This document shows positions 40,701 through 49,766 of a DNA stretch of 64,000 bases, piece after piece (position 1 is the first letter of the stretch; every line of letters starts with the position of its first letter). Origin of the DNA: Octopus vulgaris. Taxonomy: Eukaryota. The stretch covers positions 92,752,001 through 92,816,000 of the forward strand of contig OX597818.1 of assembly GCA_951406725.2 (NCBI GenBank), given 5' to 3'. The notes under the pieces are model-generated. The model ran no database searches. It worked only from the letters and a program-made list of their open reading frames with translations, and was not told where the DNA came from. The translations under genes and the position numbers were made by a program.

Positions 40701-43700
40701 CTCATATACTGAGTAAAGCTTAAGTAAGGGGGACGTAAAGTTGTATCAGTTAGAGAAAAAAACGAAAGAAAGGAAGAGAGAGAAAAAGGAACGAAGAAGG
40801 GGGAAGGAAAAAAGAAAAAGGAGGGGTGGGGAAAAAACGAAATAAGAAAAATTATGTATACAAGCTATGTAACCACGTTATTGACATATATGGAGACAAG
40901 TATACAAATACACAAGTTCGGATGGATACATACACATACAGTCGTGTATATGTGTGCTTAAGCACAAACATACGCTCACTTACACATACACAGATACGCA
41001 TGCTTACAAATACATATCCATGGCTATACACATACTTATATCAAAATTCTAATTTTTGACAACATTGCTTTTTAAAAAAAATGAGTGCAATAATAAAAAA
41101 AATATATACGAAAGACATGTAAAATAAAATATAACACCCTATTTTGGATCATCTATAAATTAAAAATCAAGGTAATCCTATACAATACAATAACATGAAA
41201 TAAACAAAGTCGAAGGTTTTTCCTAATGTATATGGAGAAATATAAGACTTTGCTATACGGAATGAAATCTGCATAGCGCGAAACAAAATCCATCGTAGCG
41301 TTTACATACTAGTTCAAGAGTCAAAATCAAAATTTCAAAAATCAAAAATACAAAATATATACTCTATCCATATGGTACATTTATATTCGACATTTAAAAT
41401 TTAGTTGCGTGCCTACATAAGTTCATTAGCTCACTTCTTTGATTCAAAGAATTATTGTCTTTGAATAAAATGTACATTTTTTCTAATAGGCAAAGTTTGC
41501 ATTTAAAATTATTTCTGTATGCTCCATGCCTGTATGGTGCCGCTCTGTCCAGAATGCTCCATGTCACGTTGAAAGGTGGGGTTTCCTTTTCTTTTAGTTC
41601 CCAGACATATTTTGCTAGGCTGGTCCTCTTCCTATTCTCTGGGTATTTAAATGAATTTTTATGTGAATAAAATCGTGTTTGAAATGAATTTTCTGAAGCC
41701 CCTGTGTATGTCTTGTATTCCGATGAGCCTTCTACTTGCACCTTGGCTCTATAAACTACTCCTTTCACTAGACATTTCCCTTCTAACGGACAGGAGTTTT
41801 CGTTTTTGCAATTGCATTTCTTAATGGGCTCGGCACCATGTCTAATCTCAATTAGCTTCCTATTATGCTGGCTAATGTAAGAGGCGAAATTTCTGCAACA
41901 AGAATAGCTAACCTTCAGGGTTCTTCTATTAAATATCCTATAGAATTTATGACCCTGCTTAAAATGCTTAGAGACTAATCTCAAAAATTCCTTACCTATA
42001 TTAGTCTTTACGGCCAAATTGAAAGCCGGGTTGAACCACAAAACTTTCCTGGTCCTAGTTCTTCGTGCAGCATTATTACCAGCATTAAGCTGGTTGTACT
42101 GGATCTTCTCAGAGAATCCACTATTCTTTAATGCGCTATCGTAATAAGGTGCAGCATTATGGAATGCTGCCTTGTCCGAAGAAATTGAAGATATTCTTCT
42201 ACCTACATTGCTGACTAAGTTCCTAAGGATAACTGGTGGATGGTTCAAATCTTTGCTAATATACGATAGCTTTTCATTGGGCTTACGGAAAGGTTTAAAT
42301 CTATCCGGCCTTACATTAAAATTTACATCTAAAACATCTACACTATTCAGGTTAGCATCTATTGTAACCCGTAAGCCCATCCTTTGAAAGAAGGCAATGA
42401 GGTCCTTCCTAAGTCTATCTGATTCATGGCCGTTTAGATTATGCGTGGCTATAAGGCCGTCATCCCTATATAAACCTGCATCTATAAATGGGAATTCTAT
42501 TTTTAGATTATGGAGAATAAAGGCTCCTATGAGCATACATAACTCAGCCCCATCGTATGCCCCCATCGGTACATCGAAAAGAGAATCCTCAGTCTTCTTA
42601 ATCCAGGTGGAATCCTCGAAAAAGAAGCGATTTCCTCGCATGCATAATAATATCAATTTCCGAGCTATCGATGTTGACATACTGCTTGGCGAAGTCCAAT
42701 GCCCTTAGGAGCAACGTCTTAGATATTGACGGGTAAAGGTCAATAATGTCGAATTGTGTGAAACTACAATTATTCTTATAGCTAATACCTTTAAACCACT
42801 CTATGACTGACTTACTATTCTTCCAAATTCTCAAGTCTACTTCACTATCTAACTTAACTAAAATACGGTCCAAAATATTTTTGCTAATAATTCCTATCTC
42901 AGTTTTAGCTGGATTTATCAATCTACATTTGGGGTTTCTATTAAAATTGGCTTTATGGTCTTTCAGAGTAATAAAAGCTGGTCGTGGTGAAAGATATTCA
43001 ATCCTATCGCTAATCTTAAGATCGTTAGCTATTCCTCTTGCTTCTAAGTTCACCTCTTTGTATATATTCGTGTTGTCTTTTTTGTATGTGTCTGTGACAC
43101 TATTCGAAATCAGGCGCTTATAAACGTCCTTATCAAGTGCATATAAGTTCCTTGTCTTATCAGAATTAACGAAGATCTTATTCGAGTTGTTGATCTCCTT
43201 AATTTTTTCTCTCATATTTCTCTGTAATTGGTTGGTATATTTGCGGAATTTAATTTTCCTAATAAGCTCGAAAAGGTCTTTCTCGAAGGCTTCTAATTCT
43301 GGAATAGGTGGCGGGTTTTTGGGAGATTTAAATCCATATTTGTTTCCTTCTATTTTCTGTTTAGTATCAAAGAAGAAGGCTTTCCATCTCAATCTTCGAA
43401 TAAACTCTTCCGTTTTCTCTATAAGACCTTTGAGATATTGCTTCTGTGCAGGGATAGGTATATTATTTTTCTGAGAAAAATCCAGCGGGTAAAGTTCCAT
43501 CTTTTTCAGCTGTTTGTTCTTCCTACTTGTGCAGAGTCGCTCAAACTTTTATAAGGAGCGGGTTACACCGGAGTAAACACATAAATGTGAAACAAGGTGG
43601 AAAAAAGAGTACTCAAATACCAGTGGTAGAGTAATATGCTTTATTTAAAGCAGCAGAAAATTCAACAAAATCTGTTACTCTGAGTTTCTCGTTGCCGTTC

Positions 43701-45799
43701 ATCAGACAGTTTTTGCTAGAATGGAACCGATATATCAATTCAATCTAGACTCTTACAAACGCTACACCTTTAAAAAAAATGGACTTGTTTGATTGGCCCT
43801 TTAGAAATAACGGTCAATCTTCGAGCGATAAACAAAAAAAGCTCAAAAATATATGTATATATATATAAAAAATTATAAAAATTATAAAATTCGAGGAAAA
43901 AACCTTACATTGAATAAAATACATATTGACGTTAAGGAAGAAAGTATAATTAATGCATAGAAATTAAAACCTATTATAAATATTACACTGCAATACATAT
44001 TTATATTAAAGTGTACATATATATATCAACATACACAGAAGGATGCATGCAAACGCCATACATATACAGACGTATAAATATAAATCTAAAATATACACAT
44101 AAATGCATGCGTACATATATGCACGCAATCTATCTCGCACGCAAGTTAAAATCATCGATGTAGCGATTCTCATATACTGAGTAAAGCTTAAGCAAGGGGG
44201 ACATAAAGTTGTATCAGTATCAGTTAGAGAAAAAAACGAAAGAAAGGAAGAGAGAAAAAGGAACGAAGAAGGGGGAAATTCTAATTTTTGACAACATTGC
44301 TTTTTAAAAAAAATGAGTGCAATAATAAAAAAAATATATACGATAGACATAACAAATTTATTTTAATATGGGGTACAACGTTTGAATTGTTTCCAAATGA
44401 ATTTTTCTCCATTCTTCAGCTCAAACAGTCTCCAGTTCTTGTAGTGATGATGGTGGAGGATATCAACTCCTTGTTTTTCTAACATGTACCATAAATGCTC
44501 AATAATATTGAGTTCTGGGGACTGTGGTGGCCAGATAAGATGTTCAACTTCACTAGAATGTTCCTTGTGCCATTCAGTAACAATGTAAGTTGTGTGAATT
44601 GGTGCATTATCATCCTGAAAGATTGTGTTTCCCTTCGGAAACAGTTCCGCAACCATAGGATGAATTTGATCAGAAAAAATACTTGAAAAGTCTTGTCTAT
44701 TAATTCTGTCATGAAGGGAAACCATTGGGCTGGTGGATTTCCAAGATATAGACACCCCACCCCCCACCCCGTCGATCATTACAGATCCTCCTCCATGTTT
44801 AACAGTTGGAAGAAGGTAGTCTGAGTCAAATGCTTCTTTTGGCCGTCTCCACACGTATACCTGGCCAGTGGTCAGAAATAAGGTAAAGCATAACTTATCC
44901 AAGAAAATAAGTCTGCCACTGCCCTAGGGACCAATTCTGTAGGTTTTTACTCCACTCTAAATGCTTTGCAATGTTTGTTTTCGGAAGTAGTAGTTTTCTG
45001 ATTGCAGCCCATCCATGAAATCCGGCTTTGTGCAGCACCTGGTGAACAGTTTTTGTGGAAACTGGGTTCTCAAGGTGGTCATTAAGCTCTGCAGTAATTT
45101 TGGGAGCTGTACTTTTGTGATCCTTTCTAACAATTCACATAAGAGTCTGACGGTCCCTATCTGAAAGTTTCAATTTTCTTCCAGGGTTTTGCTTTAACGA
45201 GGTTTTTTTCTCTCTTTCTCAAAGGCTGTCATTACTTTCGAGACAGTACTTCTTGAAACACCAAACACTTTGGCTGTTTTCATTATGCTAGCACCTGCTA
45301 TATGAGCACCAACAATTTGACCTCTTTGAAAGTCCAATAGATCCTTCATTTTAATGAATTTTAGTTACCTTTTTCTGATGATATCTGAAAAGAAACAGCA
45401 ATTTTAGCAAAACATATCAAGTAACACTAATAATAAATTAAAAACCATAAAAATAAACAAGCTTTTGATGGTTTTATAGATATTTCAAAATTATGATGCT
45501 ATGATGCTAGAGGTTTCCATTATTTTGTCCAACCCCTGTATATATATTTCTTTACTACTCACAAGGGGCTAAACATAGAGGGGACAAACAAGGACAGACA
45601 AAGGGATTAACGATTACATCAACCCGAGTGTGAAACTGGTACTTTATTTATCGACCCGAAAGGATGAAAGGCAAAGTCGACCTTGGCGGAATATGAACTC
45701 AGAACATAACGACAGATGAAATACCGCTAAGCATTTCGCCTGACGCGCTAACATTTCTGCCAGCTTGCCTCCTTCAACCCCTGTATATATATATGTATG

Positions 45800-45836
<37 letters not shown>

Positions 45837-47768
45837 AATGGTATCAACCAAACTATTGGATGTTGTTATACATCACTCATCACAATGTGCTTCACATTGT
45901 TTTAGCCTTCGAATGATGCCAGCCTACTGGTTAGACAAGCAGGCCAACATTCCCCCTGATCAGAAGACAATTCTATCACAGGGTTGCCCATTTTCAGCTG
46001 GGTGGACTGGAACAATGTGAAATGAAGTGTTTTGCTCAAGAACACAATGCACTGCCCAGTCCAGGAATTGAACCCATGATCTAATGATTGTGAGTGCAAT
46101 ACCCTAACCACTAGGCCATGTACCTTTACTGTGTGGAAGCCTCTTCTGTATGCGTGTATGCACCCACACACATATATTAGATAATAAAATGAATGATTTA
46201 TATGTAGTAGCTTACTGGTAAAGCACATTCCCTCTCACAGTGTTCGTTAAATATATGGTAAATGAAAGAGAACACACTTATTTCTTTATTGCCTACAAGG
46301 GGCTAAACATAGAGGGGACAAACAAGGACAGACAAAGGGATTAAGATGATTACATTGACCTCAGTGCGTAACTGGTACTTAATTTATCGACCCTGAAAGG
46401 ATGAAAGGCAAAGTTGACCTCGGCAGAATTTGAACTCAGAACATAATGGGAGACGAAATACTGCTAAGCATTTCGCCCAGCATGCTAATGTTTCTGCCAG
46501 CTTGCCACCTTATGAAAGACAACACACTGTGAAAGTATCCTATGCTAACTCTACTAAGTTTAGAGCACCATATGCACTGCATAAACAATGGTAAAATGCA
46601 GCAACAGTTCAATAACTCACCTACTGGATCTAGCAAACATATGCATCTAAATACTAATGAAGGAAATTACTTACATTAGACGGATATTTGTCCTTATCTT
46701 GATAACGTTGATAACACAACGTTTCGGCTGATGTACCCTCCAGCTTTCATCAGGTGTCTTGGGGAAATTTCGAACCTGGGTTCTCATTCCTAAGGTATTT
46801 TTCGATGTTGTTGTTCAAGTCAATGCTTGGAATCAAAATCACAATTTTGGAGTTAGTAGCATGCGCTCTTAACCACTATGCCATATGCCCCTGGGCAATT
46901 ATGGAGTGAATTTTAGGACTTATAAATCTAATATTTTTCTATCCTTCCTTAATACTGGTTCCCATATGCTGCTCATATCTGCACTCGGTCTGCTTAGGAG
47001 GTTGTTGTGTCCTAGCATATGTGCTGCTTCTTTTAGCTTTTGTATTTTCCAGTGGTAAAACCACCAATAGAAGAGAATAAGACCAAAGACTGTGTGTACT
47101 CCATCCCATGCATCTATGGTAGGTTATAAAAAGGTGAAACATGCCGCCCCCTCAAAATAAGGGTAGACGGAACATCGCAAAGCTGTGACTTGAGGAGATA
47201 TTGATAAATTGGGTATAGCTGATCATGTATGGAAAAATGGAGACCACCTTCCCCTGCGGGATGAAGTTAAAATAATAGACAGAGAACACCAGTGGAAAAT
47301 ACAAAAACTAAAAGAAGCAGCACATATGCTAGGACACAACAAACTCCTAAGCAGACCGAGTGCAGATATGAGCAGCATATGGGAACCGGTATTAAGGAAG
47401 GATAGGAAAAATATTAGATTTATAAGCCCTAAAAATTCACTCCATAATTGCCCACGGGCATATGGCGTAGTGATTAAGAGTGAAGGCTACTTACTCCAAG
47501 ATTCCAAGTTCGATTCCAAGCAGTGACTTGAACAATAATAATAACATCGAAAAATTTAGCATGTAGGCATGGAAAATTAAACATAAAACTGATGCTGATG
47601 ATTCTCTTTCTAATCTTCTCCATTTCTCTTTCTAATTTTTTTCCAATTCAATTTTCTATTCTTTATTTTCAGACATTCTTGAATTGTGCTGGTAATCCTC
47701 AATGTCCAATAACAGTAACCAAGGAAGGACTAAAATGTCCTGATCTTGATGTGGCACTTTGTGCTTAA
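128..47768 (+). CDS. Gelsolin-like (three gelsolin domains, severin/fragmin-size) actin-severing/capping protein; 13 coding exons, 360 aa
   Basis: Manual splicing gives a 1083-nt open frame: [43 protein letters not shown]...[29 protein letters not shown]...[28 protein letters not shown]...[17 protein letters not shown]...DVFILD...DVFLV...[13 protein letters not shown]...ALCA*. All introns are GT-AG with matching phases. Confidence 0.95.
1581..1982 (-). mobile_element. Non-autonomous Helitron
   Basis: Minus strand starts TCTATATATATAAAG and ends with an imperfect hairpin (CCGAGCAATGCTGGG) then CTAG|T. Confidence 0.6.
2094..2496 (-). mobile_element. tRNA-derived SINE, family A (internal (TA)n/(CA)n)
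   Basis: A/B-box head GGCGCAGGAGTGGCTGTGTGG...GGTTCAGTCCC, CORE-like CCTTGGGCAA, tail GAAACAAGTAAAAGAG; many near-identical copies in the window. Confidence 0.85.
4640..5232 (-). mobile_element. SINE family A interrupted by a family B SINE (about 4718-5024)
   Basis: Family A sequence breaks at CCCCAGGA and resumes at TATTCTTTGTAAGCC; the insert has its own tRNA-like head. Confidence 0.75.
5424..5570. repeat. 29-bp minisatellite, about 5 copies (ATCCTGTACTTTTCCAGGTGTAATAACCT)
   Basis: Direct tandem units with no spacers. Confidence 0.9.
6821..8450 (+). mobile_element. Tc1 DNA transposon, IR/DR type, full length
   Basis: TA|CAGTTGCGGCCAAAATG...CATTTTGGTCGCAACTG|TA; about 220-bp TIRs, each with outer and inner direct repeats (GGCCAAAATGWTCAGAACG). 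Confidence 0.95.
7163..8209 (+). CDS. Tc1 DD34E transposase (348 aa from ATG)
   Basis: HTH plus GRPRK; [20 protein letters not shown] with exactly 34 residues between the second D and the E. Confidence 0.9.
   Translation: MPLTPLPIRQQIIKLRKKDNLSIWFIAKIVNKSKSVVHGILKVYDDCGSCEARKSTGRPRKTTKSEDRAMVKLVKKDRFKTAAAVFQEMSIVLKKTLSRKTVACPLVEHDLQARAPAVKPLISSKNKKCRLTFATEHVLWSHEKWQTVHFSDESKSMLFGSDGKRYVCRKAGEKLSPKCLKTSVKFGGGSVMVWGMISGDVVGPLLRLHGKVNAGVYKQLVKDHVLPVLRNSTKQPPIFMQDNAPCHKAKVVMNFLKAEKVIVMDWPAQSPDLNPIENVWNIQGERLKARNPKTTEQLWNALQEEWNKITQQEIEILISPCSRKYQNLIEAKGLHTKYEIISAFSVTF
8527..8613. repeat. 87-bp palindrome centred on a 5'-truncated hammerhead core (PLE remnant)
   Basis: Arms differ at one position; right arm reads GATGA-TTTCATTTGAAT-GAAA-CAG..CTG-TA-GAAG. 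Confidence 0.7.
9638..10026 (+). mobile_element. SINE family A
   Basis: Same head, core and tail as 2094-2496. Confidence 0.8.
10545..10975 (+). pseudogene. Degenerate R4/Dong-like non-LTR retrotransposon, zinc knuckle and restriction-like endonuclease region
   Basis: Frameshifted translation [54 protein letters not shown]. Confidence 0.7.
11190..11425 (-). mobile_element. tRNA-derived SINE, family C
   Basis: Head GGAGGCACGTGGCTTAGTGG...GTTTCGATTCC; similar copies at 33559-33800 (+) and 45900-46123 (-). Confidence 0.75.
12778..12858 (+). CDS. Gelsolin-like coding exon 2 ([27 protein letters not shown])
   Basis: T-tract AAAG acceptor, GTAAGT donor. Confidence 0.93.
13157..13514 (+). mobile_element. 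5'-truncated RTE LINE 3' UTR with (GAT)n tail
   Basis: Matches the UTR after the RTE stop at 33815-34385; further copies at about 17100-17317, 23440-23660, 28390-28561, 30478-30768 and 32845-33250. Confidence 0.8.
14612..14648 (-). ncRNA. Candidate variant minimal hammerhead ribozyme (U3-A8 core)
   Basis: CTA-TTGAAAA-G-GTTGC(AAGAT)GCAAC-GAA-AATT-T-TAG; related copies at 13604-13638 and 36146-36182. Confidence 0.45.
14782..14855 (+). CDS. Gelsolin-like coding exon 3 ([25 protein letters not shown])
   Basis: TTCAG acceptor, GTAAG donor; WRI motif of domain 1. Confidence 0.95.
15045..15450. repeat. Diverged CA/TA-rich minisatellite
   Basis: Recurrent ATCTCATACA(T/C)GTG-like units. Confidence 0.6.
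15472..15763 (-). mobile_element. tRNA-derived SINE, family B
   Basis: Nearly identical to 53230-53517; A/B-box head. Confidence 0.8.
16706..16780 (+). CDS. Gelsolin-like coding exon 4 ([25 protein letters not shown])
   Basis: TTTCAG acceptor, GTATGT donor; YGxFYxGDSYI motif. Confidence 0.95.
17706..20245 (-). mobile_element. RTE-clade LINE, 5'-truncated and disrupted, with a PHD finger inside the RT
   Basis: [43 protein letters not shown] fragments; 3' UTR ends in the GAT tail. Confidence 0.9.
20721..20792 (+). CDS. Gelsolin-like coding exon 5 ([24 protein letters not shown])
   Basis: TTGCAG acceptor, GTAATA donor; HFWIG motif. Confidence 0.95.
21619..21746 (+). CDS. Gelsolin-like coding exon 6 ([14 protein letters not shown]...[20 protein letters not shown])
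   Basis: TTTTAG acceptor, GTAAGT donor; conserved actin-binding helix and QHREVQ motif. Confidence 0.95.
23207..23315 (+). CDS. Gelsolin-like coding exon 7 ([36 protein letters not shown])
   Basis: TTACAG acceptor, GTAAGT donor; GGxxxGFxHV linker. Confidence 0.95.
25111..25487. mobile_element. MITE with about 100-bp imperfect TIRs, possibly PIF/Harbinger-like, inserted into a SINE
   Basis: GCAGTTTCACAC...TTACAAATATGCAAAA mirrored by TTTTGCATGTTTGTAA...GTGTGAAATTGC; TAA and TTA at the flanks. Confidence 0.65.
25630..25740 (+). CDS. Gelsolin-like coding exon 8 ([19 protein letters not shown]...DERFK)
   Basis: TTTTAG acceptor, GTAATA donor; LNxxDVFILD motif. Confidence 0.95.
26496..26670 (+). 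mobile_element. CR1/L2-like LINE 3' end
   Basis: [29 protein letters not shown], then AATAAA and an (AATTG)n tail. Confidence 0.7.
27958..28041 (+). CDS. Gelsolin-like coding exon 9 ([28 protein letters not shown])
   Basis: TTTTAG acceptor, GTAAGT donor; in frame. Confidence 0.92.
28751..28960 (+). mobile_element. tRNA-derived SINE, family D
   Basis: GAGCTGGCAGAAATGTTAGC...GAGTTCAAATTCC...CTTTCATCCTTTCGGGG; copies at about 22715-23095 (+), 45548-45774 (-), 46280-46510 (-) and 61360-61495 (-). Confidence 0.75.
29054..29136 (+). CDS. Gelsolin-like coding exon 10 ([28 protein letters not shown])
   Basis: TTTCTAG acceptor, GTATTT donor; acidic linker then LYR. Confidence 0.9.
30043..30456 (-). 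mobile_element. SINE family A
   Basis: Full head to tail copy. Confidence 0.85.
31499..31935 (+). mobile_element. SINE family A
   Basis: Full copy, inverted relative to 30043-30456 in the same intron. Confidence 0.85.
32166..32232 (+). CDS. Gelsolin-like coding exon 11 ([22 protein letters not shown])
   Basis: TTTTAG acceptor, GTAAGA donor; phase matches. Confidence 0.9.
33815..34385 (+). mobile_element. RTE LINE 3' fragment (ORF end, UTR and GAT tail)
   Basis: [50 protein letters not shown]. Confidence 0.85.
35100..35720 (+). pseudogene. Degenerate CRE-clade non-LTR retrotransposon, restriction-like endonuclease region
   Basis: [65 protein letters not shown]. Confidence 0.75.
36286..38642 (-). 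mobile_element. CR1-group LINE, 5'-truncated (end of APE endonuclease plus complete RT)
   Basis: [69 protein letters not shown]; (ATT)n tail; one stop and one frameshift. Confidence 0.93.
39765..39860 (+). CDS. Gelsolin-like coding exon 12 ([32 protein letters not shown])
   Basis: CTGCAG acceptor, GTAAGT donor; DVF..VWVG..AS..EK motif of domain 3. Confidence 0.94.
40211..40264 (-). ncRNA. Type I minimal hammerhead ribozyme in the 3' pLTR
   Basis: AGCAAAAACTGT-CTGATGA-ACG(GCAA)CGA-GAA-ACTCAGAGT-A-ACAGATTTTGCT; GUA cleavage triplet. Confidence 0.8.
41394..43500 (-). CDS. PLE reverse transcriptase-GIY-YIG polyprotein; one frameshift near 42620 (about 701 aa if repaired)
   Basis: [70 protein letters not shown]. 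Confidence 0.88.
43664..43717 (-). ncRNA. Type I minimal hammerhead ribozyme in the 5' pLTR
   Basis: Core identical to 40211-40264. Confidence 0.8.
44360..45538 (-). mobile_element. Degenerate Tc1-like element, 3' end missing next to the PLE
   Basis: TA|CAGGGGTTGGACAAAATAATGGAAAC TIR; [31 protein letters not shown]. Confidence 0.85.
46680..47560. mobile_element. Second PLE remnant: GIY-YIG end on + (about 47085-47560) with an inverted partial copy on - (about 46680-47030)
   Basis: [34 protein letters not shown]; 46800-47030 is the reverse complement of 47310-47555. Confidence 0.75.
46714..46757 (-). ncRNA. Type I minimal hammerhead ribozyme
   Basis: ACAC-CTGATGA-A-AGCTG(GAGGGTACAT)CAGCC-GAA-ACGT-T-GTGT. 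Confidence 0.7.
47673..47768 (+). CDS. Gelsolin-like terminal coding exon 13 ([31 protein letters not shown])
   Basis: Long pyrimidine tract, TTTCAG acceptor, PITVxxEG motif, TAA stop. Confidence 0.9.
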   Translation, partial: TFLNCAGNPQCPITVTKEGLKCPDLDVALCA

Positions 47769-47896
47769 GCACCACTGTATCCTGTCTTTCACTCTTAATC
47801 TTTTTCTTTTGTATAACGTTCAATCTTGACTTACAATATTTACTTGTAATAACTAATCATGTTACCTTAATTACTTACTAACCAAAATATATAAAC

Positions 47897-48207
47897 AATA
47901 AACAAACTACATCTAAACCAGCACTTCAGTATTTCTACCACCTTTTCAAATATAATCAACTTCAAGCAATTTATTAAAATGCATTCTGTGTTATACAACA
48001 CAGGTATTACAATTTCAAAGACATACACCTTGCCTTAAATGTAATAGACACCTGAATACAAGTTATTGTTTATTTTTTTTTTTTACTACTACACTTTATA
48101 AGCATAACTAAAATCTTTTCTCAGTTCTTTGTAATACCAATAATGTTTATATATTTCCATTACACTGTAAAATGACAATTAAATGTTTCTTTCAATAATG
48201 AAATAAA
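47897..48207 (+). promoter_or_regulatory. Candidate polyadenylation signals of the gelsolin-like gene (AATAAA at 47897 and 48202)
   Basis: Hexamers downstream of the stop; the second is followed by T-rich sequence. Confidence 0.45.
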
Positions 48208-48431
48208 GTGACATTTGAAATACTTTGGAGATTTTTTTTGATTTTTTAAAAGTATTTTTTTATTATTTTTATATTTATTTACCAAGGCCTTTTTCCTGTT
48301 GATGGGGGTAGCCACAAGACACACACAAGGCATTTTATTCATTTCCCAGCTCAAAGAGGCGAGCCCCAACCTATGCTTGGGTCGAGGCATAGAAAGCAAC
48401 CCCGCATATCAGCAGAGGGGATTTGACAGTA

Positions 48432-48810
48432 CACTTGCGTCAGAAATTAATTAGCACTTCTCAAATTTCTACATTAAATAGGTTAAATCAATTAACCTAT
48501 GAGCTGTTCAAAACGTCTTACGCGATGAGAAAACTTAGTATGGTGTGATTTCGGTCCTTGCGAGGCGCTACCTATATCTATTAAACAAAGGAAGTTTGTC
48601 TGCATCCGCACTCCAAGTTGTTGTTGCACTGCTATGTCAACATCATAAGGCTGTAGACTCTCAAACTGCTCTGCAAACAAAGTTACGTCATCGTTCTGCG
48701 CAACAGTGAACTCGCAACAAAGCAATAGTTCGAGATATGGCCACTAGGTGACAGCACATACCTTGAGTGAAGAGCAAATCAAGGGTGCTAATTAATTTCT
48801 GACGGTAGTG
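48432..48810. mobile_element. Tc1/mariner-type MITE
   Basis: TA|CACTTGCGTCAGAAATTAATTAGCAC ... GTGCTAATTAATTTCTGACGGTAGTG|TA. Confidence 0.8.
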
Positions 48811-48879
48811 TATATGCTGGTTTCCCCCGTCGCATCATGCTGGTACCTTACCCTTTTGAGCAATATCAATTCACTCATC

Positions 48880-49250
48880 CTTTCACAAACACTCTCCAAG
48901 CTTTCCTATTATTTATAAACTCTCTTGCCTCTCTCACTCCAACACCTCTAACCACCAAAGCTTTCCTCACTCCATCCATCCACACAAACTGAGGTTTGCC
49001 TCTGGTTCTGCTACCTACCACTTCTGCCTTCATCATCTCCTTACCAACCACTCCTCATTCATCCTTTCCATGTGGCCAAACCACCTCAACATTCGTCTAT
49101 CCATTCCAGTACATAGATTTTCTCTCATTCCTGCTCTCCTTTGTGCCTTCTCATTCCTCATCCTGTCCATCTGTGTCACACCAACCATAGCCCTCAAACA
49201 CATGTGGTCGCTTCCTTTCTGCTTTTCTCAGACCTCACGTCTCTGCACCA
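48880..49250 (-). pseudogene. Old RTE LINE C-terminal fragment
   Basis: LRAMVGVTQMDRMRNE..LRWFGHMERMNEE..RGKP..WMDGV. Confidence 0.7.
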
Positions 49251-49392
49251 TATAACAAATGTTATTTGTTTTATAAACATTTTAAAACAAACTTAATGTA
49301 TTTCTCATAAAAATGAAGTCAGATTGATTTTTGAAATGAACATAGCGTTATATGTTCCCACTTGCCCTGTCCAGTTCTCTGCACCACTTGCT

Positions 49393-49766
49393 TTACTCTT
49401 TTACTTGTTTCAGTCATTTGGCTGTGGCCATGCTGGAGCACTGCCTTATTCTTTGTAAGCCTAGTACTTATTCTATCAGTCTCTTTTGCCAAAACGTAAG
49501 TTACGGTGACTCAAACACACCAGCATCGGTTGTCAAGCGATGTTGAGGGGACAAACACTGACACACAAACACACACACACATATACATATATATACACAT
49601 ATACGATGGGCTTCTTTCAGAGTCTGTCTATCAAATTCACTCACAAGGCTTTGGTCGGCTCGAGGCTATAGTAGGATACACTTGCCCAAAGTGCCATGCA
49701 GGGGCACTGAACCCGGAACCATGTGGTTGATAAGCAAGCAACTTACCACATAACCACTCCTGCACC
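49393..49766 (-). mobile_element. SINE family A
   Basis: Further copies at 56525-56926, 58727-59088 and 59918-60300 (all -). Confidence 0.8.

Larger units (their letters stand above)
40186..44350 (-). mobile_element. Penelope-like retroelement (Naiad-like) with direct repeats (pLTRs) at about 40186-41110 and 43639-44350
   Basis: RT plus C-terminal GIY-YIG ORF between highly similar direct repeats, each carrying a hammerhead motif followed by AATAAA. Confidence 0.92.

Noticed and set aside
42598-42680. Programmed ribosomal frameshift between the two PLE ORFs
   Set aside because: The break is inside the RT core of a normally single-ORF element; a homopolymer indel is simpler.
41394-43500. Selenocysteine recoding, reported for some Naiad PLEs
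   Set aside because: No in-frame TGA; the zinc-motif cysteines are ordinary Cys codons.
47754-47768. C-terminal prenylation (CaaX) signal
   Set aside because: The protein ends ALCA; the Cys is second from last, not fourth.
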